DNA from: Raillietiella orientalis
Taxonomy: Eukaryota
Direction of reading: 5' to 3'
NCBI GenBank assembly: GCA_036172245.1
Contig: JAYWIR010000057.1
Coordinates: 682,001 to 746,000, forward strand
DNA: 64,000 bases
In this document: one piece after another, positions 13,201 through 28,319 of the stretch
How the letters are laid out: each line of letters starts with the position of its first letter
Position numbering within the stretch: position 1 is the first letter of the stretch
The notes under the pieces: generated by a model
What the model saw: only the letters and a program-made list of their open reading frames with translations
Database searches by the model: none
What the model was told of the DNA's origin: nothing
Position numbers and translations under genes: made by a program

Positions 13201-16200
13201 TCGGCGCCGACGATTCGGATCCGGAGAGTGAGTTTCGGAAAGCCACGCTGTGTGCCTCTGAAGGTGAGGTTTCCCCGCAGAGAGGAAAAGAAGTGAATCG
13301 GAAGCCAATGATCCTGTCCCGACCGGGCGAGTCCGCCGACGCTGGAAGGAGAGCAGAGACATCTCCAGCGGATGACGTGCAGACAAAGTGGATGGTGAGC
13401 GATGGATTCGAACCTGCTTCATCATTGCTCAAACACTTCAAGAGGGCCTTGGCTTGGAGATTCCATACACGCGCGCTCAACCATTCTGGCACCTAACCGG
13501 AGCGCGTCGGGAAGGAAGAGAGTTCCCGAATTCCCCGAAGGTTTCCCCTGAAGCAAGTCTGAAATTTCGAGTGTTTGGAAAAGAACAAAAAACGCTCACA
13601 GTGTCGATCCCTTGCAGGCGTGCGCTCTGCCGAAAGAGTGCACGACTGGGCGAAACCGCGTGGCAAGTGGGAACCGAAGAACTTGGATGATTCGCCTCCA
13701 TCACTTTTGCGCATTCCGGGTCGTAATTGCTGCTGCTTTCCGCACAAGATTTTTTTTTTCTTCTTCTTCTTCTTTATTACTGTTGTTGTTTTCTCTATTC
13801 CTTTACCAGCGGATGCGAAAAATCCGAAAACCTGGAAATTTGTGAATTTACTTGAACTTTTCGAGTATTTCCTTCTTTTTCTTTTTTTTCATCCTCACTT
13901 TGTACACACATTTGCGACGTACAAACTGACGCTGCTAAACGATGCTGCGCTTGAACTTGATGCCAGTGTACGGATGGAGCGTCTGCAAAATCACGGAGCT
14001 GGGAGACTTGCGCACGGAAAGGATGCAGGCGACCCACCGGGCCACCGCAAGCTGAGGTGGCGAGCAGCCGATCGACGCCCAGTCCCCTCTCGTGATGCGA
14101 TGGTCAGGCATGGGGACGGGTCAACAGATAAGTTCACCTGAGGCTGCGGTGGCATCCGTAGGTGGCAAGCCAATAGATCGCGGAGCGCAGGCATCCGGGC
14201 CGGGAGACGGCTCTCGTTGCCACGGTGTCGGAGAGGCGAGCCTCTGGACCAGCTGCGGAAGCTTGCAGCGTGATGCCGCGCTCGCGTGTTGTGCTAAGCG
14301 CCCAACGCAACCACCCGTAGCGTAGGCAGAAAGAACAATTGTTTCTTTAATCCTCTACGCCGGTGGTTCGCAAAGTGGGTCCCGCGAACGCGTTCTCGAA
14401 GATACGAGAAAACTTGGAGATTTGTGTGAGAATTTTTCAATGTAAACACAATGAAAGGGTTTACTGCTCGTTTCTCGATTTTGCGTTTTTTGCTGAAAAC
14501 AATTAAAAGAATCTCTGTAAAGGGGAAATGCGTTTCTTTTCTTTTTGCTTTTCTTCCCCTCCTGCCGATTCTCTATGGGATTTCGTTTGGGCTGCGTTTC
14601 TGCTTCCGTTAACAACCGTGCAAAATCAACGTTGTGTGGTGCATTTTACTCCTGGGCTGCTTTTAGCGACCATACGAAAAGACGAAGCGACTGCAACCTG
14701 CCTGACATTCTTTTATCTCCTTCCTTACTTGGGAATAGATTATTTGCATCGCCATGGTGTCGAGAAGAAGAAGAAGGAAATTTCTTTTTCCTTTTTTTTT
14801 TTTTTTTCCTCTCCAGAAGCTGTGTCATGACTCGTCGTAGTACAAAATCACTTAAGAAACAGAAGCAACGTAGCGAACCATATGGAAAAGAATTCGGCCA
14901 ATGCGGTTAGCACGGAGGCAAGGCGTGCGAAGCACAGCTGCCACCAGAAAAATGTTGGCTTGCACCACTTCCAAATTGCTAATGCAAACTGTCGCGGATA
15001 AAAATGCATTCACATGTTTAAAAATCTCCAAGAGACGATTCTCGGCGTAACGCATCACTTATGAGAGAGCGCGCGGTGACCATAAAAATGAGTGTCTCTT
15101 CCTTCGGGAGTAAAGTGCTTTCGTCATGTTGCTGAGAAATCCATCGCTAAGCTATTGACACTGCTCCAAGAAACAGTTGCAAGTTCGGCATAGCGAGAAA
15201 CGATTTAGAGGAAGGAACAGGAGAGGATACGAAAAATCATCTTTTTTTTTCTAACTCTATAAGAGGAAACGAACTTGCAGATCAAGGCGGATGGGGACAG
15301 ACTTCATGGAACAACGATCTCATCCAACAAGACCAAAAGAATGTAGCAGTTAAAGGAAACGGTAACCACTGACAGAGTGCTAAAGGTGGCCTGGATGCGC
15401 TCTAGAAGAAGTCGAATCATCTTATGTGCTTGTTTGTGAAGATGGATCCGGTGCTCGTGAATCACTGCGTCGTCCGAGGTGTTGAATCACACGGCTGGAG
15501 GAGCTAAGAAACTGGGGAAAACCGTGTAATTACACGGCGTAAGGCAATTTCATTAATTCTGCCATCACGCACGCAGATAACCCGCGCTTGGATACATCGA
15601 TAAAGGCGACAGCTGCGGAAGATGGACCACGCCAAATTCTTAGTTTTCTTTGGAGGTTCACGATGCCACTTGAGCGAGCGCAAGCACCATGCTGCTGCAG
15701 ATTCCAACGACTTCGTTTCGGCAGCAGTGCAGGCTTGTTGCGTATCTCAAAAGTTGGTCCGTGTCGGGCTCTGTGGTTACTTTAGCCACACGGCCTCAGA
15801 CGAATTCGACATGATTATTATCCTCATGTATACATACAGACACCTGAAATGAATGGGCGGCTTTTGTTCGCTCGTTTGCCATGCAGGGAACGAAGGAGTC
15901 AGTAATGGAACCGAGTCAAGGCACCCTAGAGTGAAACAAAGTTCCCCAAAAAGTACAGGTCGCGGCTAGGTCGGTCGTCCTCTTGCGGCCTAGTGAGCAC
16001 AAAAGACGTCGATTTCGACACCCTTTGATCTCCTTCCATCATTACACGAGGGAGACAGATGATGTCGTTCGTTTGCCTTCCCGATGCCGGGCTTTTTCAA
16101 CCTTCCCGGTCCTGCGTTTCTACCTGAACCTTCCATGCCAACGCCCTTCGCGGTTAATTTACTTGCGATGCATTTGTGCCTACTGGACGTTTAGCTGTCG

Positions 16201-19200
16201 GATGCTTTCATTTTGACAAGGTGAAAAAGACAGACAGAATAGTGGCGACGATGGTGCAGCTTCACAGTTACCATTCCCGGGACGGAGGCGCGAAATCCCA
16301 TATTGAGACAGGATTTCGCCAGATTCGTACTAGAGTGTACAGTTCCATTAGTGTCTACGAGTTCATGCTGAGAAAGCGTGCGCATCAATAAAAGGCGTTC
16401 GGGGAGCTGCTAGATGTAATTTCCAGATGCAAGGGCACCTTGCCCAAAGCATTCTTTTTCATTGAGCTCTTGTCTTGCAGCACTTCTCCAAGACGAAAGG
16501 GCACTTGAATTTTGCCGTTCTTCCTCTCGGATGCTTTCAAATACTTGCATCCACACCGGCGGATCAGAGTTTGTTCCTCCACCGCACCGAGTGCTCTCTT
16601 TTTCTCGAGACCGTGATTTCTACCTTTTCGCCGGGCATGCTTTACTCATTTCTTAACTAGCTCAGATTGCATGCGTCTTTCCACTCACAGCATCCAGCGT
16701 CCTTCGCGCCGGTTGCATTGCTCCGTTTTCGCTGGCTACTCGTTTGGCATCACCCAGCTGTCCTGCCGGACCATGGCCGCCATGGCAGGAAGCTGCCCAC
16801 TCGACGAGTGAGTCACACTATCTCGAGGTGGAATGGCAAGGGTTGAGAAAAAGAAAAGAGAAACGACGCAGTTGCGAAAAGAAGTCGTCGGAGACCCGAA
16901 CGTTGGAAAGGTAGAACGGGAAACCTCGAGAAAACGCATCTGCAGGCCGTACTTCTGGACCAACGCACTGCGGTAAGTCTCATTCGTTGGACGACCTACC
17001 ATCGAAAGCTGTTCGATTCCAGAAAACCGACGTCTCACCGCAGTGCGAAAATTTATTTCCGTCGTGATGACTCGAGAAGAGTTTCGTTTTGCAATTTCGG
17101 ATTTTTCCGCTCATCCAATTTCTTTGTTCTTGTTTTTTTTTTTTTTTTGTTTGTTTGTTTGTTTTTGTTTGTTTTTGCGCTACGTTACTCGGCAATTCAC
17201 TTACCTGATCCATGTTATCTTCCGGCTTTCGTTCAAGACGCATTCTTTTGGAACACAGGAACACTGCATCGACACGATATTAGAAACTTCTGCATTTACG
17301 CTTCTTTTTGCACGTTCTAAAAAGCCTTCGGATTTTCATGACCAAAAGCACTGTCTCATGTCAACCCCGGTCACGCAAAACGCTGAGTTCGAAAGAACTC
17401 CATAACGAATTTTTTTTACCCACTCCCTTTTCTCGCTCACTTTTTTTTTTTTACTGAGCACTAACAGGTTACCTGGACACTCTCGCGAGGAATTCAATGA
17501 AATCAAATTTTTTTTAGTACGGTATTTTATCTCAAAAGCCTAAAAGTAGTTCCTAGAAAATGTTCTCCACTGCTCAGAGAAATTAAGAAAATGAAATGAT
17601 GTCTCTTTAGGATAGCTGCAATCGTGATGTACAGCACGTGGACATGGGGGACATTCAGTCCAGGTTTATTTTCCTTTTAGAAAAATCATTCGAGAACATC
17701 GGCAGAGGACTGTTCGAAATCCTGTGCTGGACCAGAAAACACAGTTTGAGGATTTGGGGGGGGGGGGGGGGGAGGTCGTAAGACCCATAGAGAGCTTCGA
17801 AATGTGGAATGCTTAATGGGATACGTTAACCCGAAAATTTCATCCTCAAATCTTTCCTGTGTGCATTGCTTTTCCCGTTCATGTCTCTTTTTTTATTCAT
17901 ATTTCGATGTGACGAAAGTAAACGTCGAATAGAAAGCCTTTTGAGGCTTCTATCGTGCTTTTACCTTCTAGTCTTTGATGCAAAACTATCGTGCTAACCA
18001 CCATCAAAGCTTTTGGACCTAACAAGAGATGGTCTCCACCTCTCCTTTCACAATTGAAGACTTTCATTTACTTTTCCTGTGATTTTTTTCCTGTGACTTC
18101 TTTTCTGTTGCTTCAGGTGCAAAAACGTTAGCAACAAAAACTTCTTCCTCAAGACCTTCTGTTTTAAGAGTTGGATATTGGTGCTTTTTGTTTATTCTCT
18201 CTCTATTCAAACCGACTGAGGAAATACTCGCGAGTTGGAGATTCTGTAGACTCACTCCCAATCAGCCCGAAAGATACCAAAAAAGCAGTTCACTTTCTGA
18301 ATACTGTTCTGTTTCTGCATCCGCCTCCGCACACTGCTGAGTAGGAGAAAAAAAAAAAAAAAAAAAAAATCGGGAGAATATTCTTATCTTCAGAACGGAA
18401 AATTCCAGAAATAACCAGTCCTTGACTCTCAGTCAAGGTAGGCCAAAGTGATAGTGAATCCGTGGCTTTGGAACCAGTAGGATCACTTCGGGAGCATTTT
18501 GAAACAGATGTAACTCACACGAAAAAGCTGGGTGATAGCAGCTCGCAGGTCAGAACGAATACTGAAGTCAACGTTAACACATTAAACTGCAGAGCTTGCA
18601 GAAATCCTCATCTAGAGAAGGAATTTCCGCGTGGAGACGAGCGAACCACGCAAATGCGACAAAGATGTGAAGAGGAACATCAAAAAGACTTGCAAGGAGA
18701 CTTCCAGGTCCTTTGCAATGATGCTGGCAGAAAGCAAACAAAAAACCAATGATATGCCATCATTGATTAATGGATTTAATTGGATTTAAGGATCCAAGAA
18801 AACTGAAACGAACGTTTTAACGATCCTCAACCAATGTATCCGATGCGGCTTGCTGATGAAAATCGTACAATGTGTACAGTGAATGGAACTTGTTTTGAAC
18901 AGAACGCTAAGCACTAAGCGATGAGAATCTTACAAACACCGAGGTTCACAAAGGATTCTAGTTGATTACATAACGCTTAAGCGTACAATCTCGTGCTTTA
19001 CATTTCTTATGCAGTCTTACACAGTTGGAAGCAACAGTCTGATTTTCAAGCCAAGCTGAAGAGAAATCCCGTATTACGCGAGGAAATAATTTGGCAGATC
19101 TCAACATTTGATATTCGTTCACCAAAGCAGTAGCTTTCATAAGAGTTGTTGCGTGAAATTGCCAGAATTCACGATAAACCTTACTGGTGTACATACTGTT

Positions 19201-22200
19201 CCTTATAGGCAAGAACTTCTGCAATGTACAATATGTACAATACAAAAGTTCTCATGTCATTTTGATATGCACTGGAAAAGGCCAATTTTGTTTTAAAATT
19301 TCACCATATTTAGACATTTCAATGGTAGGCTTTTTGGAATTCTGAACACAGAACCAACGCACTAGCTACATATAAAATTTAAAACTTCAATCTTTGAGAA
19401 CCATATGCAAGTTTTTGTACAAAATGCATACACCTACTCCAGTTGCATACCTTGCAAAAACAGTATCTGGTAAATACAGTTGCATTTGCCCTAGTCAACC
19501 ATCTAAAGGGGAACACCTATTCATTTGAGATCTAAAATTCTAAACTATGCTTGTTACAAGACACATCCTGAACCTTCACCTTGTTGATGCTTCCAAGGTC
19601 AATCATGCTAATGTGCACTGAAGTCTGAAACAACTTTGGCATATAGGAACTGAACCAGCTGTTTCCTTTTACAAAAACTTCGATTATTGATCCAAAGATG
19701 AGGCTCCACACTGCTTTATCTCCCACTGATCTGTATTCTACTAATCTTCTTTAAATACCAGTACTCAATCCTTTTAAATAATGCCATCATATTTCCAAAA
19801 TCAGGAGTTATCTGCTATTCTTGTGTAGTATCCCTAATTACCAAATAACATGATTCAAATTGAAAATTATACTACCTTGCTCCCACCTCATGAGAAATGC
19901 TTTCACAAAAGTCATTACTGCAGGTTATCAAAAGTTCTCGATTCCAAATTGCCAAATCATTTCACTCATTTCAGAAACTGCAACCAATTTCTCAGTACCC
20001 TAACTAGACTAACAAGCCTCACAAATCAAGACTTATGATTAGCTACTTCGGATGTTACAAATAAAGTTGTACATTCAATGCACTTCTTAGCTCTCTATAA
20101 GCATGTTCCCTTCTCTTCAAACACAATTGGGGCTGCTCTTCCACCAAGTCTCTCACCCAGATAAATTGATGCTGCAGTACACAGCTTACCAATATCAACA
20201 ACCAACTTTCTAATCATGTATCTACACATCAACTTTCCATTGTAACCTTAAAGTCAGTGAGCAAGGCCATATAATCAGCCATTTGAAAATTACAGCAAAA
20301 TTAAATCAAAACTTACAAAACTTATTAGACTATAAATGATTACAACAATAGTCCTACTGCAAAGTTCACAAGTGTGCACAGATAACATAAAAAAAAATTG
20401 CTAATATATATTTGCTTTTGGATTCATAATAAGGATCCTTGTTGGGTATCCTTGTTATGTATCCTCATATGCTAGTCTTGATAAACTTTGGGAAAAGTTT
20501 ACATATTTAGTAAGCATACACACTGCATCAGAGCATCCCACTTACACACTGGCCTCTTATAGATGTAAAGCATCAAGATAATGAGATTTCGAAGCTATTA
20601 TATAAATAAGATCTTCATATAATAAAATTCCCGAAAATCCAGCTGTTTAAAAGAATGTTATCTTATTACAAGGTTATTTGAAGTAAATCAACATCTAATT
20701 CGAGATCATTAAACAATAAATTGATGATTAATAAGTAAAAACAGTAAGGAACAAAAGACAAAAGTATCAGTTTGGTCCTTACACTCACTTCATTAATGAT
20801 AACATTAAAGTTTGTCCTGCATAAAGAGTAGTGTTGATGTGATCCAAAATTATTAATTCATATACTTCGGGCCTGAATTCCGTTTTCGGAATGAATACCA
20901 CAAGGAAACAGATCAACTAATGATGAAGTTGAGGAAAAACGACCAGAAACCTGCAGATCTGTGAAAACTGGAAGGGTCATAAGAGACAATAACAAGGAGT
21001 TCGTCCTGCTACTTTTGCTCATTTATCAAATGAGATCAATCACAAAACTACCCACATGTATAATAATGATTTCATGAAGTATGAGTAGGGGGCTTTTTGG
21101 TCCCATATCTCTCAGGCAGTATATGGTGGCACTGAAGCATGGAGCTAGTCACATAATTTGCATTTCTAAACATATTCTGTTATGTATATATATTTGAGAA
21201 TTTGTTTTGAAGTCACGTCAGCATTGGAACAAATACTTTCCAATAATACCTGAACCCAACTAGTTGACTGACTGTCAAATTTGCTTTTATGAGAAAAAAA
21301 ACTTTTTCAACCACAATGTTCAATATATATTTTTCAACTGACGTATTTTGTTGCCTTGATTCGAAAAACTAGCAAGAATATTTTGCAACATTAGTCGAAT
21401 TCAAAAATGAGTTCTGCTGGGGAATTTCGAAAGCCTTAAATTACCTTATATCATGTATCAATGGCTTGGGTTTCTTTATCCGAACTCACACTGAGTTATC
21501 ATCATTAGACATCGAAACGTGTAAACGATGGCTGAATTTCGGGTAAATTCAAATATCTTTCACATCGGATATGCATGTATACGATATCCTGATGTCTCGC
21601 TTTACAATTTCATGCCACGGACAAAGAATTTCATCCACACCATTCACCTCACACTGAATCAGTATTATTACTTGATCTTGCTTGGATCACTGCTTGTTGA
21701 TAGCAAATTATAATTCAAGATCTTGATTGAGTTCAAGATTCGTGTCCAAAGATTTGGGGAGGTGGTAAATTTCGATTTTCATATGTCTGCTTCATTCTAA
21801 TTTTTGTTCTTTTTATTTCTCTGCAGTTCTAAAAGAATTTCATTTATTGGATCCTTGTTCTACTACAGACACAAAAAGCTTCCAAGAAGCAAGTTTTGAT
21901 ATATATTTTTCTAGCAAAAAATTGTATTTTCGAATTTTTGTTCTATGAAACTCTGCAGATAGAATATAAAAATGAAATTTACTTGACTAGCAGTTATAGT
22001 TGAGCGTACCCAAGTCAAGGAAAGCACAAGGTAGACAACTGCATAGATTGAACACACTGAAACCACACTTCTTAAGAGAAATACCTAAACCTGAAACTCG
22101 CAATTTTCCTTCCATACGGTTTGTATTAGTTACTCAAGCATACCAAGGTTTTCTTTTGGACAAATGTAAAATATATAGTTTAATTAAGAATTTGAAGTTT

Positions 22201-25200
22201 ATGTTTCGTACAAGGAGTAATTAATCCTTTTTTATGTTACATTATCATAGTTATTTAGCAATTGGAAATGATCTATTTATTTTTTTAAGACAAAATGCTA
22301 TCCTTTTTATCCCTATAACGAAAAGTTTTATATTTCTTTCAGAGTGATGTTTGAAATCATTTACCTTCTACCTGCAGCTTAGTTCAATGCAAGTATAGAT
22401 GAACACACTGAAAGGCGACATTGTATTGTATTGTATTGTATAGATAGTATTTGTTTGAATTTTTCATTGATTCCATTTCACGTTATCAATTAACAGACTT
22501 TGTCGTCGCTTATTTTTTGATATTCTATCTTGTATGGATATCCGCTCTTGGCATCGTATTACTTTCCACAGAAATGTAGTTCCAAGTCAAGGTTTCAATC
22601 ACTGTAACCTCCGTAGTAAATCAATTTTGTTTCATTTATTTTCCAGTAGAATTCTCAGTTAAGTTCACATATGACTGTTGAGTAATTTGTGATCTTTTCT
22701 TTGTTTAAGAGAAGCCAAAGAAATTTTTTTTTTTTTTCAAGAGGGGGTGGGGGGATACTTATAATGCGTATTTTGTCATCACCCAACTTGACAATTACAA
22801 ATTTCACTGTTAACTTCCCCTTATTATCTTCAGTTAATCCATTCCTTCTTTTAGCATTTTAAATAATACACAAATACGCGAAAATAGCAATATGCAAGTA
22901 TTCTGGTGCCTATCTTACCGATGCTTTTACTTGAAATTTGTTTCCTTTCAAAAAGGCAGATGATTTACCGTTGAGAGTTGAGAAATCAAGAAACTCAATT
23001 CAATAGATATTACAAGAGAATTTTACTTAGAATATCTACTTATAATGAAATGAGATTTCAATCTGTACGACGAAGAATAAATCAAAAAAATCAGAGAGAC
23101 CTTCAAAAGTTAATGCGATTACGAGAGAAACCATAAAGAAATAGTATCGCTTTAATATTCACGGGTTAGCAGTAGTAAACACTTGATGCGATCAGAAAAT
23201 TACCTTTCTTCTTTGTAAAAATAAGGAACAGTTGCAACAGTGAATAAAAAGAAAGAAATATATCCCAAACGCAGTAGACTCAAAGGTTATAAAAACAGTA
23301 TTCTGAAGAGCAAATTCCCCTGCTTAGCTGTATACGATAATTTGAGCACGCTTACTGTAACCGATATGTGAAAAATCCTACCGAAAATTCCTAAATGCAG
23401 TGCTACTTCTAGCTTAAGACAAGTACATCTGTCACTTTTCAACCTCCATCAACTATCACTGCACTTCATCTGCTGGAGGAAACGTGGACGTCAGATGTTT
23501 TCGGCTGATGCAGTAGCCATTATGCCATTTGATATTTTGCATATAATAGTTCCCTATGTTAAACCAAATTTCACTCTCTGAAGATAAGAAGGCTGTAAAT
23601 TTTCTTATTCCTCATTCTCATCAGACCTTCGGTTGGTATGATCAACAACTGCTAATTTTTTTTTATTTCTTCCCCATCCAAAATGCCAAAATTTTCACAG
23701 AAATCACCGCATCTTCTCCAGCTTGATGAATCTTAGTGAAGGTTGCAGATTTTTTTCTCGTGTGTGCGTTATTTTTTGTAATTATGAAGCATTACAAACA
23801 ACAAATGCTTTATCCGTAGAGAGGTTAAGGACCAAAGTTCAAGAAATTTGAAATGAAAAATTCTGTTCAAATTAAGCGGGGTGAGTAGTTAATCAGGATA
23901 CTTAGAATGTGTTAGATTCGTTCGATGGAGACTTTATAAATGTGCTGGAGTTTCCATAGGAGAACTTTACAGATCATAAAGCAGTTGGGCATTTCAAAAG
24001 TGAAAATTTTCAAAACTGAACATCTGCTGCAAAAAAAAAAGATATTAATAGAAAATTCCTCCTATTGCGATTTTCAGATCAACAGAAACTAACAGAAATC
24101 CACTGTTCTATCAAGCCGAAAAGCTAGTTCAGAGACCCTAGGGAGATCCGAAGTGAAGTTATGGATGCGTTTAGGTATGCCGTCAAAGCATTACCACCCC
24201 ATGAGAAATCTGGTGGCGATGTAACTGGAAACTACGCCTTAGGAATTTACGCACCCTTCAAGAAAGGTTCCATTCAAACAACGTCTCCTGTACTAATAAG
24301 GGAAACGATCGTTTTGATGGAATATCAAAGAAACAGTGCCCTGATAAATACAAGTGGACCTGGAAGGGCTGAGAGCTTCAAGACGCTTCTGCAAACCAAT
24401 GTACGACATTGGTTTCTAGAAGCAACCTAATATCATGATTAAAATGACATGACAATGTTTCTTAATCAGTTACCACTTTGCAATAATTATTCATGTACAT
24501 TAATTCTTAAAGTAAAGTTAGAAATTAAGCATGTTTTTCATGAAAGCAACTATCATGACCGGTGCTGACCACTTTGAGAAAGCGATCAGTTTGCAGCACC
24601 GCCATCAATGAACTTTCCCTGTAGCCTCACCGAAGAACGCTTAATTTGAAAGAGGAGCCCTCGACCTGTTCCCTTCGGTTGCCAGAACTTGGTTAACAGC
24701 CTTGTAGCCTGCGAGGCATTGCTCATGCTGCAAGCTGATTCTTTGCTGATATCGATTTCTTCTTTAAATCTTCCACTTTTTTATCCCATCTCCTTTTGCC
24801 CACATTCGTGGTGCGTTTCCGTTTGCATTTCAGCTTATGACGATGCCAATGCCGATGTTTGCATGGATGCTCAAATCATGACTGGATAACAGCGATGTCG
24901 TTCACTTCCTGCAAATTGGCTAGCTAGCGTCATCAGTGGGGCCAATCGAGTTCAGTTCCTCCCTCCTGTTAGCGGGATGAAACCAAAGTGAATGTCCCGA
25001 GCCTTCAATGGTCTCGATGGCGGGAAGTTGGTCTTCCTGAATCGGCGGACAAAGGAATGTTCCGTGCAGATTTACAGTTTGCGTGCTCCAGAAGGGACTC
25101 CCCAGCGATTTTCGTTTGCGGTTGCCAACGCCGTAGCTCTTCCGGTGTTGGAGCTACTTTCATAGGACTCCGCTCATATAGGAGTTTATCCATCTTCGTG

Positions 25201-26600
25201 GATTCGATACGCCTCATCAGTTTTGGAACTCACCTCGCTCACGCATGCTGACCGTTCTCTCTCGACCGCCCAAAACGCTTACAATTTGTAGGATGCATAG
25301 AGTTATTCGCTTCTCTCGCTCACCGTCACCGAGGCTGCAAGAACGCGAAACACATCCTTCCATGACCACACAGCCTGCACCCTGTGCATCGTGGCAAATT
25401 GCGTGTTCGAGCTACTGCACCCCTAGAAGCAGTGAAGGCTGGGGAAACAACATTCCAGAAAACTGGAAAAAGCCCAAAAAGCCCAATGACCCCCAGGCTT
25501 CTGTTATGCCCAACAGCCGTGACGACTAAGTCTGCCTTTCAAGAATGCTACTTAGCATGGAATAGTGCATGAGTGCAACATGGCCAGAAGGATCTTGTCG
25601 GTTCTTCAGTCCCTGCCGTGGTCGTTTTATAGGAAGTGAATGGCCTGGTAATTTATGGTCCATGTTTGCGGTTGTGGGAGACGCAAAAGGAAGCATACAC
25701 AGGCAGGGTCGGTCTACGGAAAATGAAGCACAACGTGGGATTCTTCGGAGTCTGTATGTAACGTCACGGTTCCGAGGAAGCGTGAGGTCATAATTCAAAT
25801 TTAACGGTAGTTTTGAAAGCGGAAAATCCACAGCTGGGACTGCAGTTTCGCTTACGCGTAGTACAAAAACGGAAACGGAACACTGCTGGGAGTCGCATAT
25901 TTTAAAGGGGTTAGGTAAGTCACGTCATACGCAAGCGAGGTCCACGGATCATTTATTGATCCCTATAACAACTCCGAAGGACAGAGAAGTTATGACGACG
26001 CGAACAAGAAAAATAGCACTTATTACCAGCCATTGTTCTTCTTGCCTTCACCGAAGGCCACTCGCCGAAAGGCGACCGCAGGCACCGTGGTTTTCCCACG
26101 AAGCCATGAATCAGCTTTCGAACGAGAGCTTGTTCACCATGCTTTTGAAGGAAAGTGCAGGTGTGGAAATGGCCGAAGAAGGGGGAGCACGGCGAAAGGA
26201 AAGCCCTTCGTGAATAATTCGCGAATTTCCGTATCTTTCCTCTCCCCCTTGCCCGGCTAGCTTGCAGCTCTTGGTCGCAGGCGCGCATTGGTAAGCAACA
26301 GCCCCGTGAAAGTGAAGACTTTTGCAATTCTCAAGATGCAAATGCCATGGAACTTCCAGACCACGAAGACTGGTACTCGAGAGTGGAGACTGTCAGATGA
26401 GACAAATGATGGTGGTTTATGAAGCAAGCAATGGAGATCGGCACGTGAAAGTTGAGCCATGGAAGAAGGCTTTTCTGATTATCGCCCTCTTCGTTCTAAC
26501 AGAGAATACTGATTCATAGTAGGCTGGGAGTGGAAAAAGCCAAAAAGAAAACTCGAGATTAGGGAAGGTGTTGCGGAAGACCTCAAACGTCAACGCACCC

Positions 26601-26789
26601 GTTGGCCACGTTGGACGCCGTGTGGCTGCGGTCTCCTCGCGTGGCACAAAGCGTTGAGGGTTCGAATCTCACCCGGAAAGGATCAGCTCCGAGAAATGGG
26701 TGCGCTGTAGGTTCCCTCCCCGCAGGATGACGCTATTCAGCCTATAGGCTTCGGGGAGGCACTGGCTAACACCCAGTCATCCCGGGGAG
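26601..26789 (+). mobile_element. SINE-like repeat, copy B (head only)
   Basis: GTGTGGCTGCGGTCTCC...GGGTTCGAATCTCAC; interrupted by a LINE 3' end. Confidence 0.7.
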
Positions 26790-27478
26790 TTTATTTATAA
26801 AAAAGAAACATACATGTCTGTGGCAGGACGTTTGATCCTGCCACGTTTCTTATGAATACGAGGAGGAACCTGCCGGAAACTGGCAATCAGGCCAGTGGGA
26901 TTCACCTCCGCAGCACAGGGGAAGGGGAAATAAACAAAGAGAAAAAAATATAAAACGAAAAACATACAGTCAAAAAATGGGGGGTTGCGGAAAGGGATCC
27001 ATATGTGCTGGAAGGTGTCCTCTGCATCCTTGTAAGGATATTGGCAAGTTCCTGTTTCAGGACTCCTAGATGCGGCTATCTCGACTCTGTCCTCATAAAA
27101 AGGACAGAAAAATAGATGGTATCCCTGTCGTTCTGGCCTCCTCTGGAGCTCCTGCTCCATGCAGTCACGATCCCTCGTGGGCAGCAAAGTGCTCCTGGGG
27201 ATGCGGCCGGCATGAAGGCGCCGCACAGGAAGAGGAATTTTCAAACGTCTCTAACGTTGCCGCCGGTGGTTCCCCAAAGGGGCAACACAGTCTAATAAGA
27301 GGTGCGAGAAGGATTCCCGTTCTTTGTACGTGGCACAGTTCGGGTCTATCCCTCCCCCCCGTGTCCAGTGATGCCGGCAGGCGTTGCACTGGAGGCCCCA
27401 GTGCAGCAGCATCAATGCTGACTCCTGCCACTGTAAGGGAGGGGTGCGGGTGTTCATGAGCACCGGGGCCACTGCAGA
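26790..27478 (-). mobile_element. 3' fragment of the same L1/Tx1-type LINE family
   Basis: LLHWGLQC...PNCATYKERESFSHLLLDC knuckle; ends ATAAATAAA on the minus strand at 26790. Confidence 0.75.
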
Positions 27479-28045
27479 TTTCGAGTTCCCCCCGCAAGAT
27501 GACTCTGGCTTCGGGTGAGGCACTGGTGGAAGCCGGAAACCGGATCCGTATTTAGTGATTACCGGGATTTGGAAGATGACGTTCCAGTAAGCAAGGTGCA
27601 CCGGTTCCCTTCGGGGTTTCCCTCCAGTTGTGAAAGTGGAGCTGTACCATGGAGCTGATTGATGTCCTCCTTGGAGGGTTGCCTCTCCAGAGTGTAAGAA
27701 GCGCACTGCTCTCTTCAGGAAGTGGCTCTTCAGAGAGATTTGGAAGCATCCCTTTGGGATCCTCTTGAGAGGAGAAGGAACGAGGAGAGGTTCCCTTGAG
27801 GGTACTGCCTCCGGAGATAATAAGGAAGAGGAGGTTCCCTTCGGAGTCAACCAGGGTGGAGGGTTCTCTTCAGAGTCCCTTCCCAAGTGGAAGAGTAACG
27901 GACTTGGATTCATAAGGTGGTCCGTATGGGGTTTACCCCTACCTTGAAGAGTCACACACACCCTCGGGTGGCGTGGACAGTGACAGGGAGTCTCGTGAGC
28001 CGCCCCTAAAGGAGACGAACGGTTCTTCAGCACTTGGCGAACCAA
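27478..28045 (+). mobile_element. SINE-like repeat, copy C (body without head)
   Basis: Shared blocks GAGGCACTGG, CCCTTCGGGG, CCAGAGTGTAAGAAG and CAGCACTTGGCG. Confidence 0.7.
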
Positions 28046-28319
28046 AACGTTCGATACCGCTGAGAGACATGGATGGATAAGCTCTTCACCTCAGACCAAG
28101 CAGGCATTCTTTTTTTAGAATGGAGATTCCAAGAGTTCCTCACTACCTGTCTAGTTAAATCACCCTCATGTGACCGTGGGAGACGCTGAAGCGGAGTGGA
28201 TGATGTAAGGCGGCGATTACTACTCTTCGCCTCGTAAACTTCCTTATTGCCGGAAGTCCTCCGTACTGTGCTGATAGGAAACTCTTTGATGTTTGGGAAA
28301 ATAGCAATTACCTTATGAC

